NCBI RefSeq assembly: GCF_036321535.1
Contig: NC_087437.1
Location: forward strand, 68,388,001-68,452,000
DNA length: 64,000 nucleotides
Direction: 5' to 3'
Source: Camelus dromedarius
Taxonomy: Eukaryota
Positions 38,731-53,330 of the stretch are shown here, piece after piece. Under the pieces are notes generated by a model. The model was not told the origin of the DNA, did no database searches, and worked only from the letters and a program-made list of their open reading frames with translations. A program made the position numbers and the translations under genes. How positions within the stretch are numbered: position 1 is the first letter of the stretch; the number at the start of each line of letters is the position of its first letter.

Positions 38731-40719
38731 TGTGCATGTGGCTCACAGTGTCAGGATTCAGGCCACACCGGACACCTTGACGTCTGTTTGGACACACCCA
38801 AAGCTCTTCACTTGAATTCCCAGTGATATCACAGCGCAGTTTGAAGTATTGTGCTACCTTATTAAATCTGGTAAAACAGAAAACTTCAAAGTGCCACATG
38901 AATAGTCACAATTAGCAGTGGTAGTTAAGCTATTTTACTCAAATCAAGGCCTATGAACTCTTCCAGATTAAGCAAATATTATAGAGAAGGTAAGCACCTT
39001 AATTCTCTTGACAATTCAAAAAAAATCCTTACTTTCACAAGGATATTCAGTAATCCTCTTTAATTTTCAGAAATGTTTTTGAGTGACTGCGAGCATGGTC
39101 AAATTATTGACTCTGACACAGAAAGATAGAGAAGATATAAATTGGGCGTGGTACAAATGCCTGAATGAGAAGAGGGAGAAGAATTTGAGTGATCAAGGCA
39201 TTTGTTTTCATTATTATGATCCTCTCAGTCCTAAGCAGCACACTGTACTCTGTGTTTTTCTAAATATGGAAGCTGATGTTTGATGTTTCCATGTGGGGTG
39301 TGCAAGTAGGCCAGGCCAATATTAATTTATCTCATGATTTTTCCAATGCAGAAGATAATCGTTTATTTATGATCTGGGGAGTCAAAATCAAAGTAATACT
39401 TTAAAAAAAACAATGGCAATTCTGGCCACTTGGTCTCATTTTCTGTTGTGGAGGCGATAATAAATAATAAATGAGCAGTTGATGCATATTTTAGCAGAAA
39501 TGAATCCTTGCATAAATGTTAACTACTTATTTATTAATACTTAACTACTGTATATAGTACTTAGTGACAAGTACTAAAACAAGTGATTTTTTTCTTTCTC
39601 CCCCTGACATGCTCAAAGCAGTGAGGAAGTTTCCCCCGAATTTCCCAGTCGTTGGTATTCTGGATCAGTCTTTCAAGCACCATTTTGTGCTTTTATTTGA
39701 CTGTTCCCCACTGAGTAATTAGTTGAATAGATTTTTATTATCTGAAGGATGTGAATGCATGACAACATAGTAAAATCCTGATTTTGTATAATTTCTTCCC
39801 ATCTCAGATTCCATTTTTCAAGTAATTTCATCAAACTGTAGTTTCAGATTTGTGTGATGCCTGGGTATTGGTGGCTTCTCTCAGTGACAGAGCAACTTTG
39901 TGTTATTTGAAATGTCTTTTTAAACACACTTGCTTTCATGCTGCCCTAGTCCCTGTGTCTGACTGTCCAGTAATCGTGTCATTACTGATTTTCTAGTCTC
40001 TCCTAATGACTATGAAACTTGCTCACATTAGCCATTCTAGGTAGGGCTAGCTCTCACACTTCTGTTCTTTCTCTCTTTTTTTCCGTCTTCAAGGTTCTGG
40101 GATTATTTCTTCTTTTCTGACACATTATCATCTTATAATGTAAATGGAGACTTTGATTCAAAATTGAACATTGAGCAATGAGAAAATTCCAGCAGAAGAC
40201 AAATCTTCCTTTGATGACACCTGTTTCAAAAAGAGTTGACTAACCCCAGGGACCTGGCCTAGAGTTATGTTTTAAAGTGGACTCTTTAAGCCTTTGAAAA
40301 ACATCTCTTCAACCTTGGGCTGCTGAGTGGTTTGTGTGTTGGCAACAGCAAAGCCCACCATGTTGGCCCTCCTTCCATCATCCCTGCTTGCCCAGTCCTT
40401 CCAGTTGTATCACAGTCAGCCACAATTTGTTGCTAATCTCTCCAGCTGAAATTTAACTGTCTATAAGTTTCGCTTAACTTTCATAGCATACTCTTAATGT
40501 AAGTTGCATATTTTAAATGTAAGAAAAAAAAAACTCCCTTTTTCCTGAAGACAATCTGAGCAAAACTTTTCTCTCTCCATGGCCAATTCCCCTCCTTTCC
40601 TTAGATATCAGTCTCTCACAGGTAAACTCCAACTTCTTAGAGTTTACCGACTCCATCATGATGCTCCCTGCTACAGATATTCCACAGACAAGTCACAGTG
40701 GCCCAAGAATTCTATAAGC

Positions 40720-40896
40720 CAGTAGTTGCTAAACATGACTGTGCATTAGAATTACATTATATGCCTTTCAAAAGGAAGATTCCTTATGACTTCCCACTGA
40801 ATTGTAGATTCATTGTATCTAAATGTGAGGTCCAACCATCTCTATTTTATAGAGCTCCTCAGGTGATTCTGAGGTATGAATAAATTTCAGAACCCC
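40720..40896. mobile_element. MER5-like hAT-Charlie non-autonomous DNA transposon remnant
   Basis: cagtagttgctaaacatgactgtgcattagaattac...ctcctcaggtgattctga...ttcagaaccc resembles the MER5A/B family. Confidence 0.55.
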
Positions 40897-42884
40897 TCCC
40901 CTAAATGCCTATCATTTTGCACTTTTACATATCATGACTAAATTCCATTGCAAACTTTAATACTCTCTGATTTAATTTTATAAAATGTTTCCTATTTTCT
41001 CTAGTTATTAATTTATCTGAAGTTTTGTTGTTGTTGGTGTTGCTGTTGTTGTTGTTTTTAGTATTTGAACAATGGAGTATGTAGAATTTTTGGCTAACAA
41101 ATGTAAACATTATTAGACCCACCTCTGCCTTCAGATCTATTAAGAATATTTATAATTATTCAAAAAGAAGAAAGGAAATCTTTATGCTTAATTGAGTTAA
41201 GGAATATAAAATATCAGATCCAATATTTATGAAGCAGTGGAATAAATTGTGCCAGTGAAAGACCCTAAGGCTAGGAATAAGTAGGAACTGACTGCCTCTG
41301 TAACAGTGGCAGGAAAGAAGTTAGGAAAGATAATGAAAAGGTCAAAGAGACTAGAGTGAAAATAATTAATAGTGCCCTATCCAGTTGACTTTCCCAAATG
41401 AATGTGGGCAATTCGAGCTAGGCAGTGGAGACCATGGTAGGGTATGCATCTTCAGATAAACAGCAGACCTTCGTCTTTCACTTACTCTATGACCATGGCC
41501 TTCAGTCTATATATTACGACCCAAAATGAGTTTCCATGTGTACCATAGAAACTGCTAATTTACAAGGAAAAAGGAAGCATGAATATATATCATAATAATC
41601 ATCCTACAAAGAGAAATTCAGCTTTCTACAGCCAGTGAAGAGAGTTTCTTTCATTTCTCTGAATAGGGTTGAAATGAAGGTAGGGCATGACCATCTTGAG
41701 CCTACAGAGAGCAAAACAAGGATGCTTATTTGAAGGTAAGACACATGAGGAGGGGCCAAGTAAGGTAGCTGTACTGCTGAATGTGCTTGCTTTAATGAAA
41801 AAGACCCCCCAGCAAGTCATCTGAGCAATCAGAAAGCAGTATAATCATATCCCTTGAATGGTGTGGCACTACATGTAGTATTAAACGTGGGAGTCATTTG
41901 CATCTTGGTCTAATCAGTTGAATAGGCAGTACACACTATCATCTACACAAATGTCCCAAGACTCCTATGTGGTATACAAGGCAACAAGGTTCATAACAAG
42001 TGCTTTCTTTAAATGATTATTAGGGAAGCCATGAAGTTACGGTTAGGTAAGAGTAGGAAATGAATACAGTGCAGTGCAGTGGGGATAGTCCAGGACTAGA
42101 GAATGGAGAGGTAATCCAAGGTCAGCAGGCCAATACCAGTTGTGTTACATTAGTAATACTCTGTCCTGCTCTGCCTTTTATCCTGTGCTGTTGCTGTCCT
42201 CTCAGCCTCTTCTGGAGGCGAGCGTCTACAAATTTCCTCTGGTATTCTCTTCCCTTAATAAAAGTCTCACTATATAGTGATAGCATATTTCTTTGGCATT
42301 CCCACCTTTGTAAGAGGAAGAAATATGATGTCTTTAGTGTGAAAATGTAAACTAGATATATCTTCTTCATACATTAATTTGTTAACCTAGTAGAGGTGAT
42401 ATGTTTAATCAAACCATCCATACTTCCTTGCCCCAGTCCTCTTTTTATTCTTTTAACAAATAAGTATCGATTGCCTTTTCTGGGAGGTTGCACTTACGAG
42501 CAAGTGAAACAACTAGTGCAGTGTATCACACACCTATTTCAGAAGAGGACACCTCAGGACAGGATTGCTAATATTAATGGAAAACAAATGAGTTCTCAAT
42601 GAATCTCTTTCAAACATCGGTGCAGAAGGAGATCTTTCCGTGGTAGCAGGAGCAAAGGAGGTTTCTGGAATGCCTCAACTCCTCCCAAAAGGCAGGTGCC
42701 TCCTCTACTTCAGCAGAGCCCCCACCAATGGGTAACGAGCCAAGTACTGTTGAATGTATGTAATGTATCGATTTCTACTTGTCTGCATTAGTACACTGTT
42801 CGAACTCAGTGATCTAACTGAATTAGCCGGAGCTATGAGACCCATAGTACAACATTCCTAGGAACCCTGAACTTTAAATGGTTG

Positions 42885-43070
42885 ATCATATGTGCTCTGG
42901 ACTTGCCTGCCTGGGTCTGAATCCTGTCTCTAGTACTTCCTGTGTATGTGACCGTTAGGCAAATTACTTTCCTCTGCTTGCCTCAGTTTCCTCATGGGTA
43001 AAACTGAGATGATAGCAGTACACATCTCACTAGAATTTTGTGAGATCAAGTAAAATATTTAGAACAGTCT
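42885..43070 (+). mobile_element. MIR SINE
   Basis: gctctggac...ctgcctgggtctgaatcctg...ggcaaattact...gcctcagtttcctcat. Confidence 0.75.
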
Positions 43071-43155
43071 GTATTGAAGAGAGTCATCTATTTATTGTTT
43101 GCACTCATGGTATGAATCAGATCACATATTCCACATGACACAGAAAAGCATGGTT

Positions 43156-44340
43156 TACAAATGATCAGTGGGCACATAAAAAAATGCTTAATATTGCTAA
43201 TTATCACAGAAATGCAAATCAAAACTATGATGAGGTATCACCTCATACCAGTCAGAATGGCCATCATTAAAAAGTCTATAAATAATAAAGGCTGGAGAGG
43301 GTATGGAGAAAATGAAACCCTCCTACACTGTTGGTGGGAATGTAAATTGGTGCAGCCACTATGGAGGACAGTTTGGAGTTTCCTTAAAAAACTAAAAATA
43401 GACTTACCCCATGACTCAGTAATCCCACTCCTGGGCATATATCCAGGGGGAACGGTAATTCAAAAAGACATATGCACCCCAATGTTCATAGCAGTGCTAT
43501 TTATAATAGCCAAGACATAGAAGCAAACAAAATGTCCATCAGCAGATGACTGGGTAAAGAAGTTTTGGTATATATATACATACATACATACATATACATA
43601 TATACAGACACACACATACATATACATACAATGGAATACTACTCAGCCATAAAAAATAAAATAATGCCATTTGCAGCAACATGGATGGACCTGGAGACTG
43701 TCATTCCCCCTTTTTTTTTTTTAACATTTTTTATTGAGTTATAATCATTTTACAATGTTGTCAAATTCCAGCGTAGAGCACAATTTTGCAGTTATACATG
43801 AACATATATTCATATATATTCATTGTCACATTTTTTCTCCATGAGCTACCATAAGATCTTGTATATCCCTGTGCTATACAGTATAATCTTGTTTATCTAT
43901 TCTACATTTTGAAATCCCAGTCTGTCCCTTCCCACCCACTGCACCCTCAGTGGAGATTGTCATTCTAAGTGAAGTAAGCCAGAAAGAGAAGGAAAAATAC
44001 TATGATACCACTTATATGTGGAATCTAAAAAAAAATGACACAAATGAACTCATTTAAAAAACAGAAAGAGACTCACAGACATAAAGAACAAACTTACGGT
44101 TGCAAGAGCTGGGTACATGGGAATGGAAGGATAAAGCAGGAGTTTGGGATTTCCAGATACTAACTACTATACATAAAGTAAATAAACAACAAGGTCCTAA
44201 TGTATAGTACAGGAAACTATGTCCAATAACTTGTAATGACCTATAATGAAAAAGAATATGAAAGGGAATATATATGTATAAGTGAATCATTATGCTATAC
44301 ACCAGAAATTAACAGAACATTATAAACCGACTATAATTAA
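43156..44340 (+). mobile_element. 5'-truncated L1 (ORF2 C-terminus plus 3'UTR) with nested insertion
   Basis: Track ORF 43161-43520 ([27 protein letters not shown]); 3'UTR to ~44340; flanking direct repeat aagcatggtt at 43146-43155 and 44359-44368. Confidence 0.9.
43707..43950 (-). mobile_element. Young L1 3' end nested antisense in the L1 above
   Basis: Poly(T) plus reverse young-L1 3'UTR; TSD tggaga[c/t]tgtcattc at 43692-43706 and 43951-43965. Confidence 0.9.
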
Positions 44341-47300
44341 GTTTTTTTTTTTCCGAAGAAGCATGGTTACTTCTTCGTATTCCTTATAGCTCGTAGTTGG
44401 CCAGGAGATTTTTGAGAACTTAACAGATCCTGTTTCATAGATTTGAAAGACACTTGATTGTGCCTCCTTCTTTGGAAATCTCTGTCATATGGTTAGAGCT
44501 TAGGACCTTCACCTCCTGCTCTGCATCCTGTGTAACAAGACCTCCTGGAAACTAGGGTAGGACAAAGCAGAAGGTAGCATCACATGGCTGGTGCATGGGG
44601 CTCCTCCTAGTCTTTAACGATGAGGATGATGAATAATATCTATTTGAGGATAGTTTCAACAGAGTTCACTCAACATTCATGTATTTGTTACATTGTGTCA
44701 AATTAAATATATGAAAATGTGCCCACAGCAATGTGTGACATAAAAAGAGTTGTGACCTTTTCTTTAAAAAAGGATAATGAAGTGAGATGAGCATTGGTGG
44801 AAGGTGCTAGTTTGACTGCCCTAGAGGCTGAAATTCTTTATCTGGAAAGTAAAAATAGTATGGCAGTCAGAGCAGCTGCAGAAACTTTCCCGACAAATTG
44901 CCTCCTCTGCAGAGATGAAGTGGGAGAGAGATGAATTTTCCGAAAGTGCAAGATCCTGCTCAGATGAACACTCACGTAGTTCAGACTTATAAATATGTTT
45001 GGTATGGAATAGATGTAAAGTATTTTACTTGGCAATGTCATTTTATGGTTTTAAAAAATTACTTGCTATTTTATTATCATCGGAGACATGAAATGGTATT
45101 TATTGGTTACTCATGTTGTCGGAACAGCATATTTGGAAACACAGAGAATGTTTCTTGCCTCATTGCAGGAATGCATGAACTATAGAGAAAAGATTTACAC
45201 CTGTTTTGATCTGTTTATTCGGGTGTGGTAGGGGGTTGTGTGTTTGTGTTTATGTGCATGTTTTATCACAGAGGACTGTGGTTGCTGCATCTGTTTTCTG
45301 TGATATGAGCTCTACACTTTATTTCTTAACAAGGGAGGTTCAGTGGAGGAGGTGGTATTGAGTACACACATTGATGAAAAATAATAAACTTATAGGTTTG
45401 ACATGTGATCAGAGATTGCCTCAAGGAGAAAAAATGGACAGGTTATGATTCCTCAGGAAAAATAGCCAAATGATGTAAGTATGCTTAAGGTAGCAGGAGC
45501 AGAGAGGAGGAAAGACAGACAGACAGAAACAGAGAGAGATCAACATGTATTTGCTGATGCCTCCAAGTATAGCAGTGTAAACTATAATTTCTACCCTTAA
45601 GAGACTTACAAGTGTAATATACATGAGATATGGTAACAGTGTGGAGTGGCATGTGGTAAGTGCTTTAAAAACACAAATTTACAGTGGTTATTATAGTTGT
45701 TATAGATGAGAGGTGTAGGTTGAATAAGCCTATGACAACAGATTGAGTGGAATTTCAAACTGTTTTTTTTTTCAAAGATAATTATTTTTATATTTGTGGG
45801 ATTTTGCACCTGAGTGCATGTTGGTTTGTTTAATTGAAGTGCAGTCAGTTACAGTGTGTTGATTTCTGGTGTACAGCATAATGTTTTGATATCACAAATT
45901 TAAATCATTTAATCTCAGAGCAGAAAAGGACATTCATGGTTGTGCCCTGAAACTTTATCCTATCTGTAAAATATTATTGGTTCTTATAACATGATCAGGA
46001 GGTGAGGAAGAGGGTATAGTGGCAAGAATATTTGTCATATGCTGTTTCTGCTTAAATGATAGAAAAAGGTAGGTGGAGAAGAAGAGGTGTCAGGACTGTG
46101 AGGAGTATTTAGTCATCTGCATTCTAGAAGCCAAACCTGAATATGAGGGTATAAATATTGGGATAACGGATGGTGAGAAAGATATAAAGGAAGCTGGCAG
46201 TCTAGACTAGGGAAACTCTTCAGACTAGGGGAGAAAGAGAGAGAGAAATGTCTTCATCTGGAGCTGAAGTAAATGCCCAAGAAATCAGGAGAAAACTAAA
46301 ACGAAGGAACTCATAAAGCTCCATTAATTCCAGCACAATAGGCCAAGTGAGACCTTAGGGTTTATTTAGTCCAATTGTATATTCAATGCTGCGTTTGCAC
46401 GCTGATACATCTCTGGTCTCCTTGAATTATATTTTGTTCCAAATCACTTTCTTGTATGTAAAATCCTCTTTCCTTTGGCTTCTACATAACTTATTTGAAC
46501 TGTGGGGTCTTAGGGGATCTGTCAATATTTAGATCTGGAAATATCACTATGAATTACTCTAAAATGTAGGACAGTAGCAGCCATTTACAAGTATTCTTGA
46601 AAAATCAGTAAAGAAAAAAATAAAGATAGAAAATGTCTTGACATTTAATAGTAAAATTAAGTAATTCTAACTAAACATAAAGAGCATCATAAATTATTTC
46701 TTTGACTGAAAGACGGCTCCCTGAAACACTTAAGACCCTAAATACCTAGAGATGACTCTTCAGTGAGACAAGGCTACTGAGAAAAGGAGGATGAAAAAGT
46801 TGGGGTAAAAAAAAAAAACGATGGTGAAAATTTGAAAAAACTATGTGAGATCCATGATGTGTCAAGCCTAACATTCTGGTTTCAGTGTGATACACAGGCA
46901 TGATTCATAGCATATGAAAACTATCCTTCATCTAAAATACTGAATTTTAACCAGCTCCTTCAACCTAACCTTTTAAACACATAGTTCACATAGTTTAGAT
47001 CTTTACATACATGGTCCATGTACTTATTTGACATAATTATATACCTAGTTTTATTTTCATCTTTTGATGTTATCTTTGGGATAGAGAAAGGCAGTGTGGG
47101 ATATTAGAAAAATCACTGCACTAGGAACCAGTATATTTGCGTTCAAAGTCACAACTTGGCTAGTCACGGCACGTTTTGAGTCACTACACATCAATGCTGT
47201 TACCTGTAAATGAGAGCACTGAACTAGGTAATATGTGAATTTTTCATTAGACCCAAAAGGCTGTGATCTTACATTTATCACTCAGTGGGTAAACGAGAAC

Positions 47301-50300
47301 TTTAAAAATAATTCATCATAAAGCAATCATTTTTATAATCCTTAAATATAAGATATAGTAACAATTTATGTCTTCTTCCTAGTTGTTACACTTTTTATAA
47401 ATTTAATGTGTCTCTCAATACAAAAGGCCTAGTTTTATAAACGGTACCCTGTATAGGAGCTTAAGTGCTGAGCCTTCATAGACCATATGCCTGCGGTAGA
47501 TCACTTCTCTTGATTGACAGAGATGATTTGTCAGGGGTCTTCTTACTGCATCCTTAGATCTGTTCTTTGAAGTAAAAGACCTTTGCAGAGAGATGGTAAC
47601 AGGTGGTGGCTGTGCAAGTCCTGCTAACATTTCATGTTTTCAAGCGTCTGTGTTATCTCATCTCCCATCTTAATTCTTTTGTCTGTTTTGTGCTGTGGTG
47701 ATGGAAGCGTGTGTAGCCCCATCAGTATTAAAACTAAAATGGACTTAACAACCACAAGTGCAAACAGTGATTTTATTGGTTCTTCTTACTTCAGTCAAAA
47801 AGGCTGATGTCTTTAGAAAAAAATCTGCAACCATTTTTTACCATTTTTCTTGAGTTATAACATGGCTTTGGTCTATGGAGCTTGAAAGACTATTTTTTAA
47901 ACTATTAATTACTAGGCACCCACCTGCACTAAAATACTTTTGACACTTACTGCAGTGTGCGCTCTTCCTACTGCTTATTTCTCTATCCAAATGGCCTCTC
48001 ATATCAAATTGTGAATACATTGTCAAGGCTTATGTATATATAAAAGTGATTGGAGACCTGTAGAAATGTTTTTGATGAAGTAATTGATCTAAAGTCAGAT
48101 TGGAGAAAGAGAATTCATCATTTCCCAGGAAAGAGTGGAGTCATATTGTTGTTACTGTTGTAGTTTTCCAAGGTCTTATTAATGATTATTGGCCACTACT
48201 GCCAAGTTACCTTTCTGTCAGTTGTTCTTTTACAGAAAAATATTGTAAACCCATCACTTACTTTTCCACCATTACACTGTAGACATTGTTGTCTGTGAGA
48301 ATATCCTCATCTGAATGCCAGTGTTCACTGTTTGAATCCCTTGAGAAGAGTAATCTTGATACTGTGGTACACTGTCACTAGCTTTAGCTATAACATTGGT
48401 AGCTACTTATAGAAGAGTATGTCCTACTTCCAAATTCTCTGCAGATATGACTGCATTAGCCATTACAAAAGGAGTGTATGCACTGTATACCCAGTGAGAG
48501 CCACTCATTATTTGAACTAATTAGCAAGTAATTTGTTTTGATTCCTGACACTTGCATCTTTTACTGGTGACAGTTAATTTGGAAATTTATATAATTACAT
48601 AATTTTGAATTATATAATAAACCACTCAAATAATATGGTTCAGTCATTAAAACAGAACTCTCCCGAAAACCTAAAACTCATTGCTCTTACATTTCTTTCC
48701 AGCACAATTGTTTTTCATATTCTTCCTATTTTATTCTCAATATATCCTATGTCTTATAGGATATACTCTAAGCCTAGAGAGAGGGGGAAATCATTAAAGT
48801 ATGTGTTCATGGAGATTTTATAAATTTTGTTTTGATTTTCCATTTAAAAATTTTTTTGCTTTCTCTTTTAATTTCCAGTTTGAGCTCCCATAGAACCTTA
48901 GTGTAACACTCAACTTACAACTCTAAGTTTTACCTGGCTTGTATATTAAGCCCATGACAAACTACATAAATTTCCTTTGAAATTGGCAGAAACCTATATT
49001 TTCCAAAAAGTTTTGTGGCATTTGAAAGTATTCTACAAAAAATGTCAGAGTTTGCCTGGTTCTCGTTTTATCAAGAAATTCTGGTCTGTTCTAATACAGC
49101 CTGACCCCAGGTAGAGAGTATTTTACAAATGAGTTAATATACCGTATAGCATACCCAGACAGAAATAAGCCTTGTTAAAATAGAATTCTGTAAAGGAAGC
49201 CAATTCTTTCTTATTGCCTATTCAAGACACATGAATCTTGACAGTAACAGGGCAGTCTCTACTCATGCTGGAAGTCTGTGTGTATGTGTGTGCCTGCAGG
49301 GATGTATTAGTCTAATGTTTTATAAAGATAACAAAAGAATTTGTTAAAATTACTGAATCCATGCTCTAAATCCACCACTTAGACCATAAGAATGATGTGC
49401 TTTGTATAATAAATATTCATACAAACTATTAGAGATGTAACTTCTAGTTTTTAACAAAAGAAACAATAATAAACCTTACTTGTAGCTGAGTAGAGTTCTA
49501 CAGTTGGTCTGTGTATATTGGCCACTGAGTGTGTGGGTATATATACACACATTTGTTCTTTATTTTATAATGAGCAAGTGGTAATTTGCTCATAGTTACT
49601 TTCTTAAACAACAATGAAATTAAGCTACTTATTACTCAGGTAATTCATGAAAATCACAGGTACTCCTTTCCCTCCCTACCCTGCCAGTTATTGTTCCTCA
49701 GTAGGAGAAAGATTCTCCCAACCCTGGTCTTTGGGATTCAAAACTCCACGTTTTTGTAATGTTTTCCCTTTCTATATTTGAAAGTCATTATTTATCAAAA
49801 AGAAAAAACATGAAAAGAAAAAGATAAAATGACATCTGATCTAAGACATTTCCTGGTCAGGTTAAACAAGACATAATTAGGATGCTCTTGCCATGTCTGC
49901 TTCTTAATTCAGAGCCTCATCTGTGGGTTTATGAACCTCTGGGGGAGAGTGGAGACCAACTGAGTTCTAATTGTGCTTTGTTAATGTCATCATTTAAATG
50001 TTTCTTTTTTTGAATGCATTATTTTCAATAGCTATTGTATCATTTTATGATCTGGTGTAAATTGTTCGTATTTCTTTCTGTCTTTGAAGTGGATGCTGAA
50101 ATTTCAGCAAGGCACATAAAAATGTATTGGTTTTAAAGAAATCCTGAATAATGTGGTACATTGTCCACCAAGCTTTAAGCCAGGCATTTGACAGGGCCAG
50201 TGCATATCCAGTGAGTGGTGGGTTAAATGTGGGCTAGATTCATGCCTCTTTTATCTACTTTCCCTGTGAGTAAGATTGAGTAATTCCCAAAGTCTTGTTT

Positions 50301-50774
50301 ATAAATTATCTAACTAACTGTTTTAATCTATTTTCTGATAGCCCCCAATGATTTCTAGTCAAATACAGCCCTTGGATGAAATCCGTAATGTCAATCACTT
50401 TAACACATTTAAGCAGAAATCTATATTATTGTGGTTACTGCAACAATTGTAGTAAGGCCATGACTCATTCCAAACACAAGAAAACAATCCCCTTTCCCCT
50501 TGGTGGGATCCTACTATACTTTTTTCCCCCTTTAAATTAATCATTTGGTCTAAAATTTTTAAAATGATTTTAGTGTTCTGTCTTCTAGAATGAACATGGG
50601 ATTGCAGATTAAGAAAATTAAATATATGAAATGAATAGGCATTTCTATTCTGTCTCCGTGTCTCAGACAATAGGTACTTGATATATATATTTAATAATTT
50701 GTACTGATTGCTTTCAGCTACCATTAGGGGTCAGTGATTGGAAGTATGGCCATTAGCACAGGCTGTTTTAGATA

Positions 50775-50970
50775 ATAATGCTTGACTTGGATTCTAAGAT
50801 GAGGTTAGAGCTCTGGCTGAGTGATCCTAGGCAAGCCCTCATCTGTGAAATGGGGATGAAAATGCTTCTTCTGCTAACTCAGTGGTGAACCATCTTGGAA
50901 ATGATAAAGATGAATTCATGTGGAAGCTCTTGGTAAATGATGAATTGCTTCCTAAATGTAATGTATTGAT
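50775..50970 (+). mobile_element. MIR SINE
   Basis: ctggctgagtgatcctaggcaag...ctcatctgtgaaatggggatga. Confidence 0.65.
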
Positions 50971-52179
50971 ATCACCTTAGTAATGAAAAAGAAAGAAAGC
51001 AAGCAAGGAAATATGACATCCATATGTACTAGCTGTGAGAAAAGGAAGGCATAAGTGCATGTCATTGTTTTAGTCCAGGTTTCTAGTCAAATTCCTGATT
51101 CAGCCAGATGGTGTATATTATCTGACCCTGCTAGCTGTTATTAATCAGAATTTATGGGTTGTAGTTCATCTTTTCAGAAAGTTTATATTCGATTTTCAAC
51201 CCAGATGTTTTAGCAAAGACAGAAGACATTATTCTGTAGTTAGACTTTAAAATTCTCAAAAATATCACCTTGATATAATATTAACATTTTCCTACATTTT
51301 TATTCAGTCTTTTGGTCCTGTGCATATATGCACACTTAAATGTATATATTTAGTTAATATTTATATTATATTGTTCAATCTTTATGTGTTCTGTGCTTTT
51401 TATGGGTGAAGATACATATGCTTTTATGTAATTTGTCATCTGAGTTTTATTTCATGATAGCAGGAAAATTTTATTTTTAGAAATAAACACTTAATAATAT
51501 ATTCTTCTATTTCATTATTATACTAATATTGCATTCTTATGAGTCCCATGGCATGAGTTGATACCTTTTTGATACTAGAGAAGACTGATTTACAAATTTG
51601 TTTTGGAATTTCTCTATGTTTATAAAGCATAATATTCAAAATATGACAAGTGTTTACTCATATGTCTTTATTGGATGGAGGCACATTGCTAAGGTACAAC
51701 ATAACTATATGCTGACTTACTGAGTGATACTTTCACCGTCTCAGCTGTGACAGAATTAGTAATAAACAGGACTTTCTAATATTCTAAAAGAGTATGAGAG
51801 ACATGTGTTTTTAATTTTTGAGAATTAATTTCATCTGAGAATAGATAAATAGATAGATAGATAGACAGACAGATAGCTAGGTAGATATACAGATGGTATT
51901 GGGAGAGGAGACATCCAGGATTTGACGGCCAGTGGAAAATAATATATCTCTCTCTCAATGCCATCTAATTAAAAATGCTATATGAATTTAAAAGAGGATC
52001 ATTAGATGGACTATTTTAATTATTTCCACTTTTTTACAGTATAGATAGATAACGTGAGACACATGAGAATTCAGGATTTCATAATTCAAAAGGGATGAGC
52101 ATTTTGAGCTAAAAATGGGCCTGTCAAGCCACTTGAATGGTGACTGCCAATCTTAAAATACAAAAACAGTTTATAAACC

Positions 52180-52182
<3 letters not shown>

Positions 52183-52214
<32 letters not shown>
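52183..52214. repeat. (AC)16 microsatellite
   Basis: Read directly. Confidence 0.95.
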
Positions 52215-52216
<2 letters not shown>

Positions 52217-52639
52217 CTCTCTAAACCTCAAACCTTAAATGATATATTTATTTTTAAACTACCTGAAATATGCACCAAAAGGCAAATTTTAAACTAATAC
52301 TATGCTCTATTGTAACTGACATTTCAGCTATTCCACCTGACAACTTTCTCTAAATTTTTGGTCATTGAAAATTAACCAATATAGAATCTGATTCCTGGGG
52401 CAGAAAGTAAAAGGAATGAGTAACTCAGGGTGTAAAAAAGCTGGATATAAATTCAAGTTGATTTTAGCTTAACAGAGAACACACATACACACCCATACAT
52501 ACACAAACACACCATGGTTTCTGTATTTAAAATTTTTGTTAAAAGACTGGCATTTTTAGTATCTATAGTGAAGAATAAAAATTGACTTACCAGAGAGATA
52601 AAATTAGAAAGCAAGGATGAAAGTAAGATTCATCCTTCC

Positions 52640-53330
52640 AGCAATAACCAAGATTGAGTTTGCACTACGTGCTAAGTCAGTGGTAAGGGACCTCATTTAG
52701 GAAAGGCTATTCACAACAGTGTCCCTTGAGGAGATACCTTTTACTGAGACTCAAAGTATGAGAGAAACCAAGGTACTCTCCTGTTGTCATCTGAATTGCT
52801 TGTTCATTTTCTTTGCAGAACTTAACCACAGGCTGTTGGCATTATGATTATTGGCCTCTTTTTTGTGTCTCTTACCCAACAAGAATGTAAGCTCCAGGAG
52901 GACAGGGGCCATTGGCCTGAGTATGGTGGGGACGGTAAAGGTGCAGGTGAGCAAGTGACTCAGGATAATATAGAAGAGATAAAATCATGCCAGGGCTGCT
53001 CCAGGGATCCAGACTATATAGGCAGCTTTGGGAATTGAGAGATAAAGACAGATTAGATATGATATTTTGAAGCTAAAAGCAGAATAGATCATTGATAAAT
53101 TGGATGTAGCAGATGAAAGAAAGTGAATAACGAAGGATATTTCCACGTTTTCTAGCTTAAGTAACTCAGTGGTCAGTGGTGCCTTCTTCTGAGTTGAGAA
53201 AGATTTGGAGTGAGGGACTGGTTTAGAAATGGAATCAAGAGTTCCATTTTGGACATTTTAACTGACTACAACTATGAATCAGCCAACTGAAGATGTCAAA
53301 AATGTTGTTAGATATGCTGGCCTTGAGTAC
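52640..53330 (-). mobile_element. L2 remnant(s)
   Basis: gataaattggatgtag...gtttctagcttaagtaact...aatcaagagttccattttggacat, L2-like; ~52790-52910 looks like an oppositely oriented L2 3' piece. Confidence 0.6.
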
